A stretch of 64,000 bases of DNA from Phallusia mammillata (Eukaryota): the NCBI GenBank assembly GCA_965637545.1, contig OZ281495.1, forward strand, positions 3,224,001-3,288,000, in the 5' to 3' direction. The notes below the pieces were generated by a model. It was not told the DNA's origin, made no database searches, and was given only the letters and a program-made list of their open reading frames with translations. The stretch's first letter is position 1. Each line of letters begins with the position of its first letter. This document shows, in pieces, positions 1-11,400 of this stretch. Both the position numbers and the translations under genes were made by a program.

Positions 1-301
1 ATAGCAACTGCTTCGTTGAAGCAAACACTCAAGTTGTGACGACAAAGCATTGTAGATGTTACGACACAATTTGGTGCCAAAATAACAATTGTTACGCAAC
101 AAAGAAAGTGTCAATTACATAATTATTGTCCGATTGCACATTTGTGCGTTGTGTCAAAATGTCAGAAGTGCTGTTTTATATTATTTAGTTTGTTTTTCAA
201 CTAATAAGCTTTTGATAAGTTGTGGAGAATTTAGTGGCGATCGACCAGTCAAAAGCAGGCGATCGACCAGTCGATCGCGATCGACGTGTTGGCCACACCT
301 G
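1..301. mobile_element. Right end of a hAT (Charlie-like) MITE
   Basis: Ends GTTGGCCACACCTG (rc CAGGTGTGGCCAAC, Charlie-type TIR), with GATCGAC subterminal repeats, followed by cactagga. Confidence 0.6.
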
Positions 302-3283
302 CACTAGGAGATTTGTCCTGCATTCGCGTATCCATTCCCAAAAAGTATTCCCTACAACAACAACTAACATCGTGAGATAGTACTGTTTGTTGTATCATAA
401 ACGCCTTCAATGCGAGTGGTATCGTGGTGGCTAGAATGCGCAGGTTTATATTTTCAACGAGTTTAAACTAATTACACGATTTTATCTTTAAATGATTAGA
501 TTTTTCAATATTTTTATACTAAGCTTGTGTGCCACATAAAAATCATTTGTGTTCCACACTTAAATAACCACTGGTCTGGTGGCTAAACACAGCAGAAGGT
601 TGTGGATGTAAGATTTTCTTACACAGCGAATTCTAAAAATATATAATAACACAAACAAAGCGCACATAAGTGCACTAAAAACATCGTTACGCATCAGTAA
701 TTTCATAAGTAATGTTATGCATCAGTAGTATCACGTGATCTGAAAAGAAACTGCAGTGGGTTTTAAGTTTTTGTTGGTCATGGAATGAAATGCATGAAAA
801 ACATGTTTTCAGGAACTGTCAGTCCACAAACGAAGCTACAACTGACCGTAATAAGATTTTAAAATCCAGTAAGGTAAGATTTTCGGTCTGATTGGGCAAT
901 TGTGTTGTGATGTCACAAGTTTTTACTGTATGATTGTGACGTCATACTTTAAGTGCATACAAATATTAGAAGTTTAGTTTTTTTCTGGGTGCATTATTTT
1001 TCTGGTCACCGTGGCTTTGTCTAAAATATATTTTTTAAATAGAGTTATACTAAAGATGATATAAACTGGAGGTTTCTAAAATCAGTGGTTACAACCACCT
1101 TAAGAAAAATGGTGAAAAATAGTCGACTGTCATCTATACAGAATTTAAAAGTAATTGACAGAATGAATAACACTAAGTTGTAAGTAGAAGGTATTTACAT
1201 TGGGGTTGTGTTAACTTGTGTATGGACTGACAAAAGCATAATAAAATATCTGCAAATAGACCAGTGTATCTGTGTTTAAAAGTGCACCACACATTTACCT
1301 AATTTTTCTTGTTTGTTGTACCTTATAGTTTATACCATTGTTACAATAAAAATTATCAAGTGTCAAGATATGCTTGTGACTAAAGCATGGCATAGAGGTG
1401 GATTTAATTATCATAATATTTGATGTTGGGTCATTACGTTTTGAAGTGCTTGATCTTTCTTCTAAGGTTAATATGTGTTTTATTTTGCTTTATGCAGTGG
1501 TAAGATGAAGCTCTTGATCCACAGCGACAAAAACAAATTGAAACACAAGGAATGATCTCAAGCAAATATCAATATAATAAGGTATACAAAATACCTTTCC
1601 ATCCAAGACAAGTACATTGATCCTTCAAAGAAATTTATTTTTTAGCATTAAAGGTTTGCAACCCTTGATTGGTTCAATTACTTGTCTTTCTATGATAAAA
1701 TTTTATTCAAAACTCACTCGCACTCACTTCTAACCATGATTATAGAAATCCATGCTTATTTTTTACTCGCAAGAGATATTAGTCCTTTCACTCTCTTATT
1801 CACGTCGTGCAGAGGTCACCAAACTACTGCCCGTGGGCTGGATTTGGCCCATGAGGTCATTTCCTCTGCCTTGCGATTATATTTTTGATTTGCCTAATGG
1901 TATTGATACCTTTGTAACATTACAAAGTAATCTACTGCTTGCAAAAGTTTTCCTGTCACGATATGTAGAATTGATACCTAGTTTTATAGGATTATGGGAT
2001 CACAGTGCCCAGGATTGATCCAAAGCCAATCCGTTACATCACAGACAAGACTAAAAGTGTTAATTGTGTGCAAACAATTTTGTTTTGATTGTGATGTAAT
2101 ATACAAGCATTGCTCGTAAGATGAGACTAACTAGTTTAACAGTCGCTTAACCAGATTTTAAATTGGATTGGAGAAAGACCATATCTTGGTGACCCTACAA
2201 AATCCCTTTGCAAGCTAAATTGTGAATGGGGTAAAAACCATGTGGCCCGTGCGAATCATTTTTAAACATATCCGGCTTGAGGGATTAATCCTAAATTTAC
2301 TTTTTCAGGATCCATGATTGAGATTGATGACAAATGTGATTATATCTGAGCTTCTGGCAATCAAAATAGAGTTGCAGTTTACTTGTGGAAACTCGCTGGT
2401 TTGTGAAAATGCACAGATGGTTGTGTTTGGTCCGATGCAACTTATAAAGGTGTGTTGTTTCTTGATATTAACTAAAAATTATGGTAATCCTGAACGGCAG
2501 TCCTAATGGCAAAGTTCAGAACCACATTGGATTTTATGGCACATTTCGCCGAGATCTCGGGTGTGCACGAATTTTCAGGTGTGCAAGTGTGCATGACCAA
2601 ATATTAAGGTGTGCAAGAACCAGTTAAGTGTGCACCTCATCAAGAAAAAGCTAACCGATTTACAAATATTTAACAAAATCCCAAAATAGCCTTGCAATGC
2701 AATTGCGCCACTGGTTAACTAATATAAAACGAAAATTTCGAAGGCGGATTTTTTTTAAAGAAAACAAACACACAAGGTGTCACAAACCTAAATAAAGTCT
2801 CAAGTGTGCAATCAAACTTGAAAAAAATAGTCTCAGGTGTGCAGCTGCCATACTATCCATACTGGGTTCAGAATACATCAGAAGTTTTGAAAACTAATAT
2901 AAATACAATTGTAACCCAGTACATCTGGAGTTTTTTATTTTCACACCCAAGCCTCATCACTTCAACAAATGCTTTTTGAGTTTTTTATTAATTAAAAAAA
3001 AATGTCAAACCTGCAACTTTCTTACCAAAAATTCTTTGTTTTTTTAGATTTGATCTGGGAAATGATGCTCTGTGAAATATCTCTTGAAATTTTTGAATTC
3101 TCATCAAATTTTTGAAAAGTAAGTTTTATTTTTACATTTGTACCAAAAATCGTCACTAAAATACAGCAATTGTGCACATAGATGAGAAAATGAAATAGTA
3201 ATTTTATTTACAGTAAAAAAGTGAACTTCTTCCACAATAATTCTGTCACTGACAAAACTTTCGTTGTTTTGTAACAAACTTAA

Positions 3284-4044
3284 TCACTTGGTCAACTTCG
3301 CTTTGCTGTTTTGCAATTTCCTTTCACTTATTGCAATCAATTTTTCTCGTTGTTCCTCAGTTATATCCTCCGCTGTTTTGTAAACTTCGATCGCTTTTGT
3401 GTAACATTCGATTGCTTCTTTGATTCGTGAAGTTGTCTCACAAACAGCACCAAGATTGTTCAACAAGTGACCGTAGATGTAATACTTTGAACTTTCATTC
3501 CCGAACTTTGTTTCCATAAGTTCAAGTCCAAGTTTTATTGTTGTTTCACTCGATGCAAAATCACCGATGTGATGTTGACTCACTTCAATGTGATGCAAAC
3601 ACCGAACCTCCTTTTTACATCGAATTTTTTCATTTATTTGAAGGTCACGGATTTGCTGAACCATGTCACGCATCAGTGGGATCACGTGATCGCGCACGAT
3701 TTCTATGTTTCTCGACTCCGAAGATGAATCGGAATTTTTCATCAAATGTTCGATTGTTTTTCGAATTTCCATCGCACAACCCACTACACTTTTCGCTACA
3801 GCGGAGTCGGGATTTTTGTTTGCATAGAAATCTGCGGCAACGCTAAACAACAAAATGGCTTCCAAATATTCGCCGTCATCTCTAAATTTTGTGGCTTTTT
3901 CTTTCAGGTTTTCTGCAGTGACCCCTGGTTGACCAGTGATTGACCTTGAAAGTTGTTGTTTTGTCGTTTTTGCTTCGTCATATTTTTTTGTTTTTAATAA
4001 ATCAACATAATTATCAATACGTTGATTGAATTCGTCAGTTTGAT
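3284..4044 (-). CDS. Terminal exon encoding an all-helical TPR-like domain (253 codons including stop)
   Basis: The listed ORF 3284-3865 extends upstream without a stop to a strong acceptor (ttttttgtttctctgcag| at 4045), starting in phase 1 with DQTDEFNQRIDNY...KYDEAK...GQPGVTAENLKEKA...EYLEAILLFSVAADFY. The C-terminal part GHLLNNLGAVCETTSRIKEAIECYTKAIEV is a TPR motif. Confidence 0.85.
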
Positions 4045-5220
4045 CTGCAGAGAAACAAAAAAATAATGTTTTTTTTTAGTTTCATGAAAAAAACAGTCTA
4101 TTATACTTTGACATCGGTTCATGTAAATCAAAAGTGTTTTGAAAATAAATGTGTTTTTGAGTGTTACGGTAAGGAACAATTATTTTAGTAATTAATTTAT
4201 TTTAAAATCTAATCATTAAAAAACGATTGCGTGTTAAAATTTAAATCAAAACGTACGCTGTTAGTCTGTGTGACGTAATAACTAGGTTGTGACGACAAAT
4301 GCTAAGTAACGATGCAGTTGTATGTTTGTTTTTATTTTGAATTGGGGATTTTTTTTCTCCAACCTGATATCTGATTTCAAAGAAAATTGGATTTGCGTAC
4401 AAAATAAACTTGTCATTTTTTTTAATTTAAGCTGTTTAATTGGTTTTGGCATTGATTTTATCTTGGACCGCGGAAAATTACAAAACGTCTGTTGTGTAAA
4501 TGAAACTGTTTGAAAACCACTGGCCTACAGGTATTTGAAAAAGTCAGTAGGCCCGACATAAGTGTCAATATAATGTTGGTTGGCCTTCACAAAATTAAAC
4601 GTTCCCTATCCCTAAGCTAAACAAATAAAGTGTACAAAAAACTTAACAGATTTTGAACTTTACCTTTTGGTGGTCAGATTAAGTTCGCATTGTTTCATCA
4701 CAATAATAATAATGTATCACACTTTGAGGGTGAATAAAACAAAAAACTTTATATTTTACAAGATATTAATATTTTATCTGCTAATAACGCTGTGGGCCAC
4801 GGAACATTGTGGACCGCGGGCAGCGTGTTAGAGACCTGTTGTCGAGGAGCGCGCAGAACAATTTGCATGTGAACCTGAAGCGCCAGACTGCTTCGTACCA
4901 AGCTGTGAGATAGAGGAGTCCTAGTAGGGCAACGACCTTTCTCTTGTTTCGGTGTTGATTTGCCGTGTCTGAATACAGTTAGCTGATACAAATTGGTTTG
5001 ATGCCTTAATTTCCGTCGTTGCTATACAGGTTTCCCGGAGTGCAGTTTTGGCAAATATCTTTACGGATTTTTATTGCCCGATACTTTGTCGCGTTTTCAT
5101 GGTAGAAAGTGTGAGTTGGACAACGGTCACGGCCTTTTTCGAATGAGAAGAGGTAAATTTGAAAGAAAACGCATCTGACTCATTATAGAGCAAAATGTCA
5201 TATTATTTGGGACATCGTAT

Positions 5221-5530
5221 CAGAGTTGCAAACGGGCCTGAAATTTCAGCCCGAAACCGGCCCGAACCCGAATCGTTTTTTAGAAACCCGTTTAGGCCCG
5301 AAAGTTTAATTGACAGGCCTATACATTAACAAACAAACACAATCAACAATTGGTCTTGAACAAGGCGATTTAGGGTTGTTTGGCAATAGGCCAGGACCAG
5401 CAGCTGGCTACTCAGCTAGTCAAACTAAAAAAAATGGCACAGAGTGTAAAGTCAGGTCCGAATCAAGCCCGTTAATTTTAAGAAACCTAAAACCGAACAC
5501 GTCCCGAACCCAGACCGAAACGCAAAAATT
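5221..5530. mobile_element. Dispersed MITE family with CAGAGTTG(C/T)AAA terminus and CCCGAA repeats (relatives at 41074-41196 and 42425-42595)
   Basis: GTGT.AAGTCAGGTCCGAATCAAGCCCG is shared with the rc of 42450-42485. The copy at 41074-41196 has both TIRs. Confidence 0.6.
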
Positions 5531-6534
5531 TACAGTCGTTATTGAAAAGAGTGGTCATACTCAGGCACAATAAAAGCTCCACCACTTTGCAGCCTTGCCT
5601 ACACTAGAAAAAATGTTGGCTTATATTAGGCCAAAGCGGCTTGTCTTAAGCCAATTTGGCTTATAATACGCCAAAAAGTACAATTGGCTAAATTTTAGCC
5701 TTGAAAATGGCTTATTTTAAGGTGGCCAGATCCAAGACACTTGATTGGCTCGAAACAAGCATTCTTGGCTTAAAGACGTGTTGCTTAAATCTGTTGGCTT
5801 GAAATAAGTCGCAAACCAAAACAAGCCGGCTAACTGTTAGCTAAAATTGGCTTGTTTTGCCCATGACAGATTTAAGCCACTTGGTTGGCTAGAAATTAGT
5901 CAAACAATATTCTGCTTAAATTCGTTGGCTTGTAATGGGCCGTATTCCAAAAAGGCATCATTCAAGCTTAAAAAACCGCCCGAATTTAGTCCCGGATGTA
6001 TAGCTAAAGCTAATGATGAACACAAATATGTGGCATCAAATATTCTGTCTGAGTTTTTAAGGAATACAGACCTTCGTTGATTTTTTTTCGCATGCAAATC
6101 ATCGGCATTAACCCGATATATTTTTTGTGGGGATTTTATTTTATAGTATAATTGGTATAATAGTATAATTTTTTTGAACCTAAGAAAAATACCACAGAAA
6201 AATGTTTTATTTTAGTTTGCATCAGAATCACCATTTTTAAAAATCTACTTTTAATCGTGTTGGTCCGGATTTACAATTATCGGGGTATTGCGCAACGTTG
6301 CGTCATCTGCCTCGTGCTGATGGCTGTTTTAAGTTCGCACTTTGTTCGTGTTTTTAAAGGAGTTAGGGTTTGTTAATATTTTGGAAAAAAGTCATAATAA
6401 GTATAAATAGATTTAATAAGTATAATAGATGTGTATGTTAAAAAATAAAAATGGAATTGGCCAGAAACGGAACGTGGTTGCGAAAGCTGGGAATACAGTG
6501 AAGACTGTTTGCGTCAACTAAAAGGTAAATTTTT

Positions 6535-6926
6535 GGGTGACACTAAAACGCTGAATGGGCGGGATGGGCGGGACGTCGCGGAAACCGCTCAATATCGGGT
6601 AAATTGCTGACGGTTAGTGCTATTAGGGTTAGGTTGAGGTTTTATAATAGTATATGAATCAAAAAATGTCCCTGCTTAAAACTTATTCAACTATTTCCTG
6701 ACATTAGGCAAAAATGCTATGGCGGGACGTCGCGGGAGATGGCGGGACGTTTCGGGCGCGGAATGTAGTGTTCGGCGGAATTTTTTTTAATGATTTTCTA
6801 TTATAAAACCTTATCCCAACCTTAATAGCTCCAACCGTCAGCAATTTAACCCGATATTTAGCGGTTTTCACGACGTCCCGCCCTCCATTCCGCCCGTCCC
6901 GCCCATTCAGCGTTTTAGTGTCACCC
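6535..6926. mobile_element. MITE with ~130-bp TIRs and 8-bp TSD AAATTTTT
   Basis: Left GGGTGACACTAAAACGCTGAATGGGCGGGA, right TCCCGCCCATTCAGCGTTTTAGTGTCACCC. AAATTTTT at 6527-6534 and 6927-6934. Confidence 0.92.
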
Positions 6927-8472
6927 AAATTTTTCATTCAGGCTTTGAGAAGAATGAACATATTTTTAGCCAGTTGTTTTGTTATTTGTAGGATGTGGAT
7001 TAACTGCAAAGGACCGACTTGTATGATGAATATAAAAGTGAGTTTGCAAAGGTGGCTTTCTGTTTGAGAAGAAAGTGTTTTGACACGTGCATTTTTCTGG
7101 TATGTATGTTCATTTAACCTAGTTGTTCTGTGATACATATCTAGGATAACGGTAATTGGTGATTCTGTTCATTTTTTAGATTTATTGGAGATTATTTCCA
7201 AATATTACAGTCTATACAGCTCCAAATTGAAACACAAATATTATCAATTAATTCTAGGATAATAAAGTACAAAATGCAAGCCAGTTCTAAAGAGTGTCCC
7301 TTGTCATTGTAAAAATATTCAGTCACAATCTTCCAACTTTACTTTTTAATAAAAAACTGAAACTGTAATTTGTTTTATTTTAAACACAGGAAAAAAGAGA
7401 AGCAAAAGAAATTTTCTTTAGAGAAAGTGTTTTGACATGGAAAGTCCTTTGTATGGATTGTAGAACTTTTGTACAGTTGCTTTATATCACATGTTTTATT
7501 TGGAATACCCATTTTTATGCATATCCCTGTATGTTGCCCAGCTTAGTACATCACACAATGTTTAGTAAACTACAAATGCAGGTGATTTACTCAATTTGTC
7601 ATAAGCGTCTGATATGCCATTTTTTGTGTGCACATCCTCCACCAATTCTTACACATATAACCAAATTTTGTTGTTGTTGTTTTTATGTATACCATTGTTT
7701 CAACATGTCATTTTCATTTCACCTTTTTATTACTACACAAGTTTTTAGTGTTTGTCATGAATTTTAATGTACTTTAACAATTACATTAACATCTGTGATT
7801 ACCAGCATTATTTTAAATAAAACAAAAACAATGTTGTTACTTATGTCAGTGTTTGCTTGTATGTTACATCGAGCCTGTATATAAGTCACTATTAATTTCA
7901 ACTTTGTGTATGTCACCTTTACACAATCCCATAACCATTCACCATGGCTGTCATGTTTTGATTTTTATGTTGAATCTGTCCACATGTTTGCATATCTTTA
8001 ACTTTATCACTTCTTTTTGAGCACAACCCAAACCATTACACTTTATATATATGGTTGACCCTTGGTTCAAAGCTTGAAGCACAAATCACAACTGATTTCA
8101 TTTCAGTTGTGTATTTTTGCAAGTAGACAACCAAGTACCAACTAAAGATAAAGAGTAATGTTTGGGTTTGGTCCTAAAAGAAGTGTTTAAGACAAACAAA
8201 CCTAAAACCACAATTTAATTGAACATAATGTGTCAAAACATCCGCTATCTGTGGTTTCACCTAGGTTGAATTGTGTGCCATAAGTCAAATTAACTTACAA
8301 GATTGAAATTCTTTGTCCAGATAGTATTAAATTATTTCTAAAGTAATAACTAACACCAACGATTTTGTGACAAACTGCCCTTTTACTATGTGAAATATTT
8401 TGAGGTGTTGGTTGTCGCTACACAAGTATTGGCTTTCCAGCAAACTGGTAGCGGACGCTTACGGCTTACACT

Positions 8473-11400
8473 TCATTGCCCACCTTAGAAAAATAACGTT
8501 TTTGCTCGTCTTGACATGTGGAATCATCGACTTCTTGAGGGAAAAAGTGGGGTCCCCAATTATAACGGTTTAAGGCTTAAATAGGGGTAACATGATTAAA
8601 ACTCAATTTCTATTCGACCTCTGTGATAAACGAGTTATTGTGGAATACAAATTGCTCGCGAACAAAAAAGTTCCCCACCCTGGCATTATTTAACAGAAGT
8701 TAAAGGTTCAATGCAAAAATTTATAACAAACGTTACCGGCATAACTACGCAATGTAACGGTTCAATGTATCTCATACCTGGTTGTTGCTGGTTGCTAGAG
8801 GTGGGGATTTCCCCTTGTTGGATAGAAGTTTGTTCTGCCTCATGTGCACCCTCTGTTGGTTCGGTTGATCGTTCCTCGGTGTTGTTTAAAGTGAAAGGCA
8901 CTAAAATATAAGTGGTTTCACAAATGTACATTAATTTATCCTACAGTCGTGTTTAGTTATTCTATCAACGTGACAAAGACACAGAAACATTTTGTTACAA
9001 ACTGTCCAGTTACCGAGTGTAATTATGGACAAACAACTATTTGTGAGCTTAATTTATTGGCTACTTTTTAACGACTTGAATTTGTTTTCACAAAATGATT
9101 TGCAGCTTAGCAATGTGTGATATGACGTAATATTTTGCCAAACTGTTGAAATACGATTTTTAACTATAGGGTGAATACGAAAACTTTTTTATATTACTAT
9201 GTCAGATGCAAAAACCGGCTTTTTATTGCAGAACTGGTTGAGGCTTAAGTATGATAACGAAAAATCGTGATTTGAGAAGTCAAGCGCTAAATGTCAAGCA
9301 CGATTTGCAATCATTTTGTGCATAATGTGATTAGTTTACCTGTTGGTGGTTGTGGTGATTTTCTGTTCAAACGTGAGATAAACTTTCGTACCGTCGTAAA
9401 CAGTCCTTTGGAACCACGTCTGGTGGGATCTAAACAAAATCAAATTTATTTTTGATTTTGTAATTGTTCTTTGAAAAAGGGTGAAAACTTTCAACAATGT
9501 AACTTAGGTATACGATTTGTTATACGATTGATAGAAGTTACAACCAATCAATGCATGTTATACCCAGTTGCTGCGGTCTGCTGCTGGTGGAAGTCTCCCC
9601 TTGTTGAGGAAATGACTGTACATGCTCTTTTGCGCCATCTGCTGGTTCGGTTGATCGTTCCTCGGTGTCACCTGATGTGGAGGGCACTAAAATATTGGTG
9701 GTTTACTACTAGACACTTTTATACTGTATTGTTTCGTTTTGTAACAGAAGAATATTACTTATAAACATAGGTTATTTGCTAACGAAGTGCCGGATTGATT
9801 TTGTTTGAGTTGTCAAATATTAACTTTCCACTAAAATATAGTGCGTAAGACTCCACATATTAAACAGTTGCAAGTGCAGTTGAGAGTTGGCTGCGTAAGC
9901 TTCAAAACAGCGAAAAGGCCAACCTACGCTGACGGGTTACTGTATGTTTAAAAACGTTTACAAATTATAAAGGCGAGTTAAAGTTCGGTAAGCCCTGGAA
10001 TAAAACCAATAGATATAAATCGACTAGTTTATGTTGTTGCTATTTTCTCGTCTAATCTACTTTCAGCAAAACATTAAAGTTTGAAATTTTCATCAGAAAT
10101 GGAATAATGCTGTAGGAAGATTCGTCGCACTTAAAAATTGATAAGGGCCTCGTTTATCCTGTTGAAAGGCTTTGTAGTTTATAAAAGTAAGAAAATCAAA
10201 TAGTTGTCAAGTTGTGTTATATCAAAATGTCAATCAGGCGACGATACGAAAACTGTACACCAACATTCTACTCGTTTGGAAATTATTCGTTTTCTCATGA
10301 ACGCTTTCGTTCATTTCTATCCATACATCTCTTACACTTACCTGTATTTTTCACTTCCTTGATTTCCAATATCTGGGTATAAAATTATATATTACAACAA
10401 AAGTTTTCCCACATCTTTTTTTAAGTTCACTTTATAAGTAAGCATTAAGTTACATGCAATGGAACAAATGTAATCTAACCGGTGTCCACGACTGACCTTA
10501 AAACACTTCACACTGCGCTATCTGGTTTAACCCCTAAAAAAGTCCACAGCTTTATAGGATTGAACGAAAATATTTAATAAACAGCAATACTTATAAGGAC
10601 ACGGTGAAGCTTTCTTCCTACAGAAGCAATCAGGCTTTTTAACAGAATTTGAAACTATAGGACCCAATGTAAATGGCACAGTTAATAAACTTCCAAACAA
10701 GATTACAGTTTTAAGATAAAAAGCCCGTTGTAGGTTTCCAATCTACAATCCAACATACGGATTTAACTTTAGTAAATTACTTGCCTTTTTCGTTTCTCCT
10801 TGAGCTGATTCTTCAGCTTTTTGAGATGCTGCTGATGTTGTTGGTGAGTCAAGTTCCTCAAGTGTGGTCGCGAAGTTTGTTGGGAAAACTCCTTCCTTTC
10901 CGTTGCATCGACCCCTGGCCCAACCTTCCTCCTCCTGTGTAATTGCAAGCAGCAAAATTTTGGCACAAAAGCTTTATAACCTATCTAAAGTTTATTTATT
11001 ACCAATTTCCCCAAGAAATTTGAGGGCCATATTCATGATACTGGTAAACATTTTTTGATTAACATTCTTTCGAATACTTGACCAATCACTTGACTGGTAA
11101 AAAAGACATACAATGTTGCATCAATCTGAAATGATTGTTCCCCCATAGTGTAACCGTTTTGTAGAAACTGGTCTTGTGGACTCATTAATCGCTTTATTAC
11201 AAAACAGGTGTAACGTTGTACATTACAACATGGTATTTCACATTTTTCTTTGTTTATTGTTTATTTTTTTAGTGAAAATAACATTGGGATCCAATAAATA
11301 CAAAACCATAGGTACCCACATCATTATACACGTCGATTATGTCACCAACTTTCAATTGTAGTTCGTCGAAGATTTCAGGTTCGTAGGCAAAAGTAACTTC

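Noticed and set aside
4749-4991. GC-richer stretch and short ORF upstream of the TPR exon
   Set aside because: No recognisable motif and no phase-1 donor that links it to the exon at 4044.
6938-7138. IQVG (RHIM-like) tetrapeptide in a short ORF
   Set aside because: It lies in an unsupported ORF with no splice or phase link to the kinase gene.
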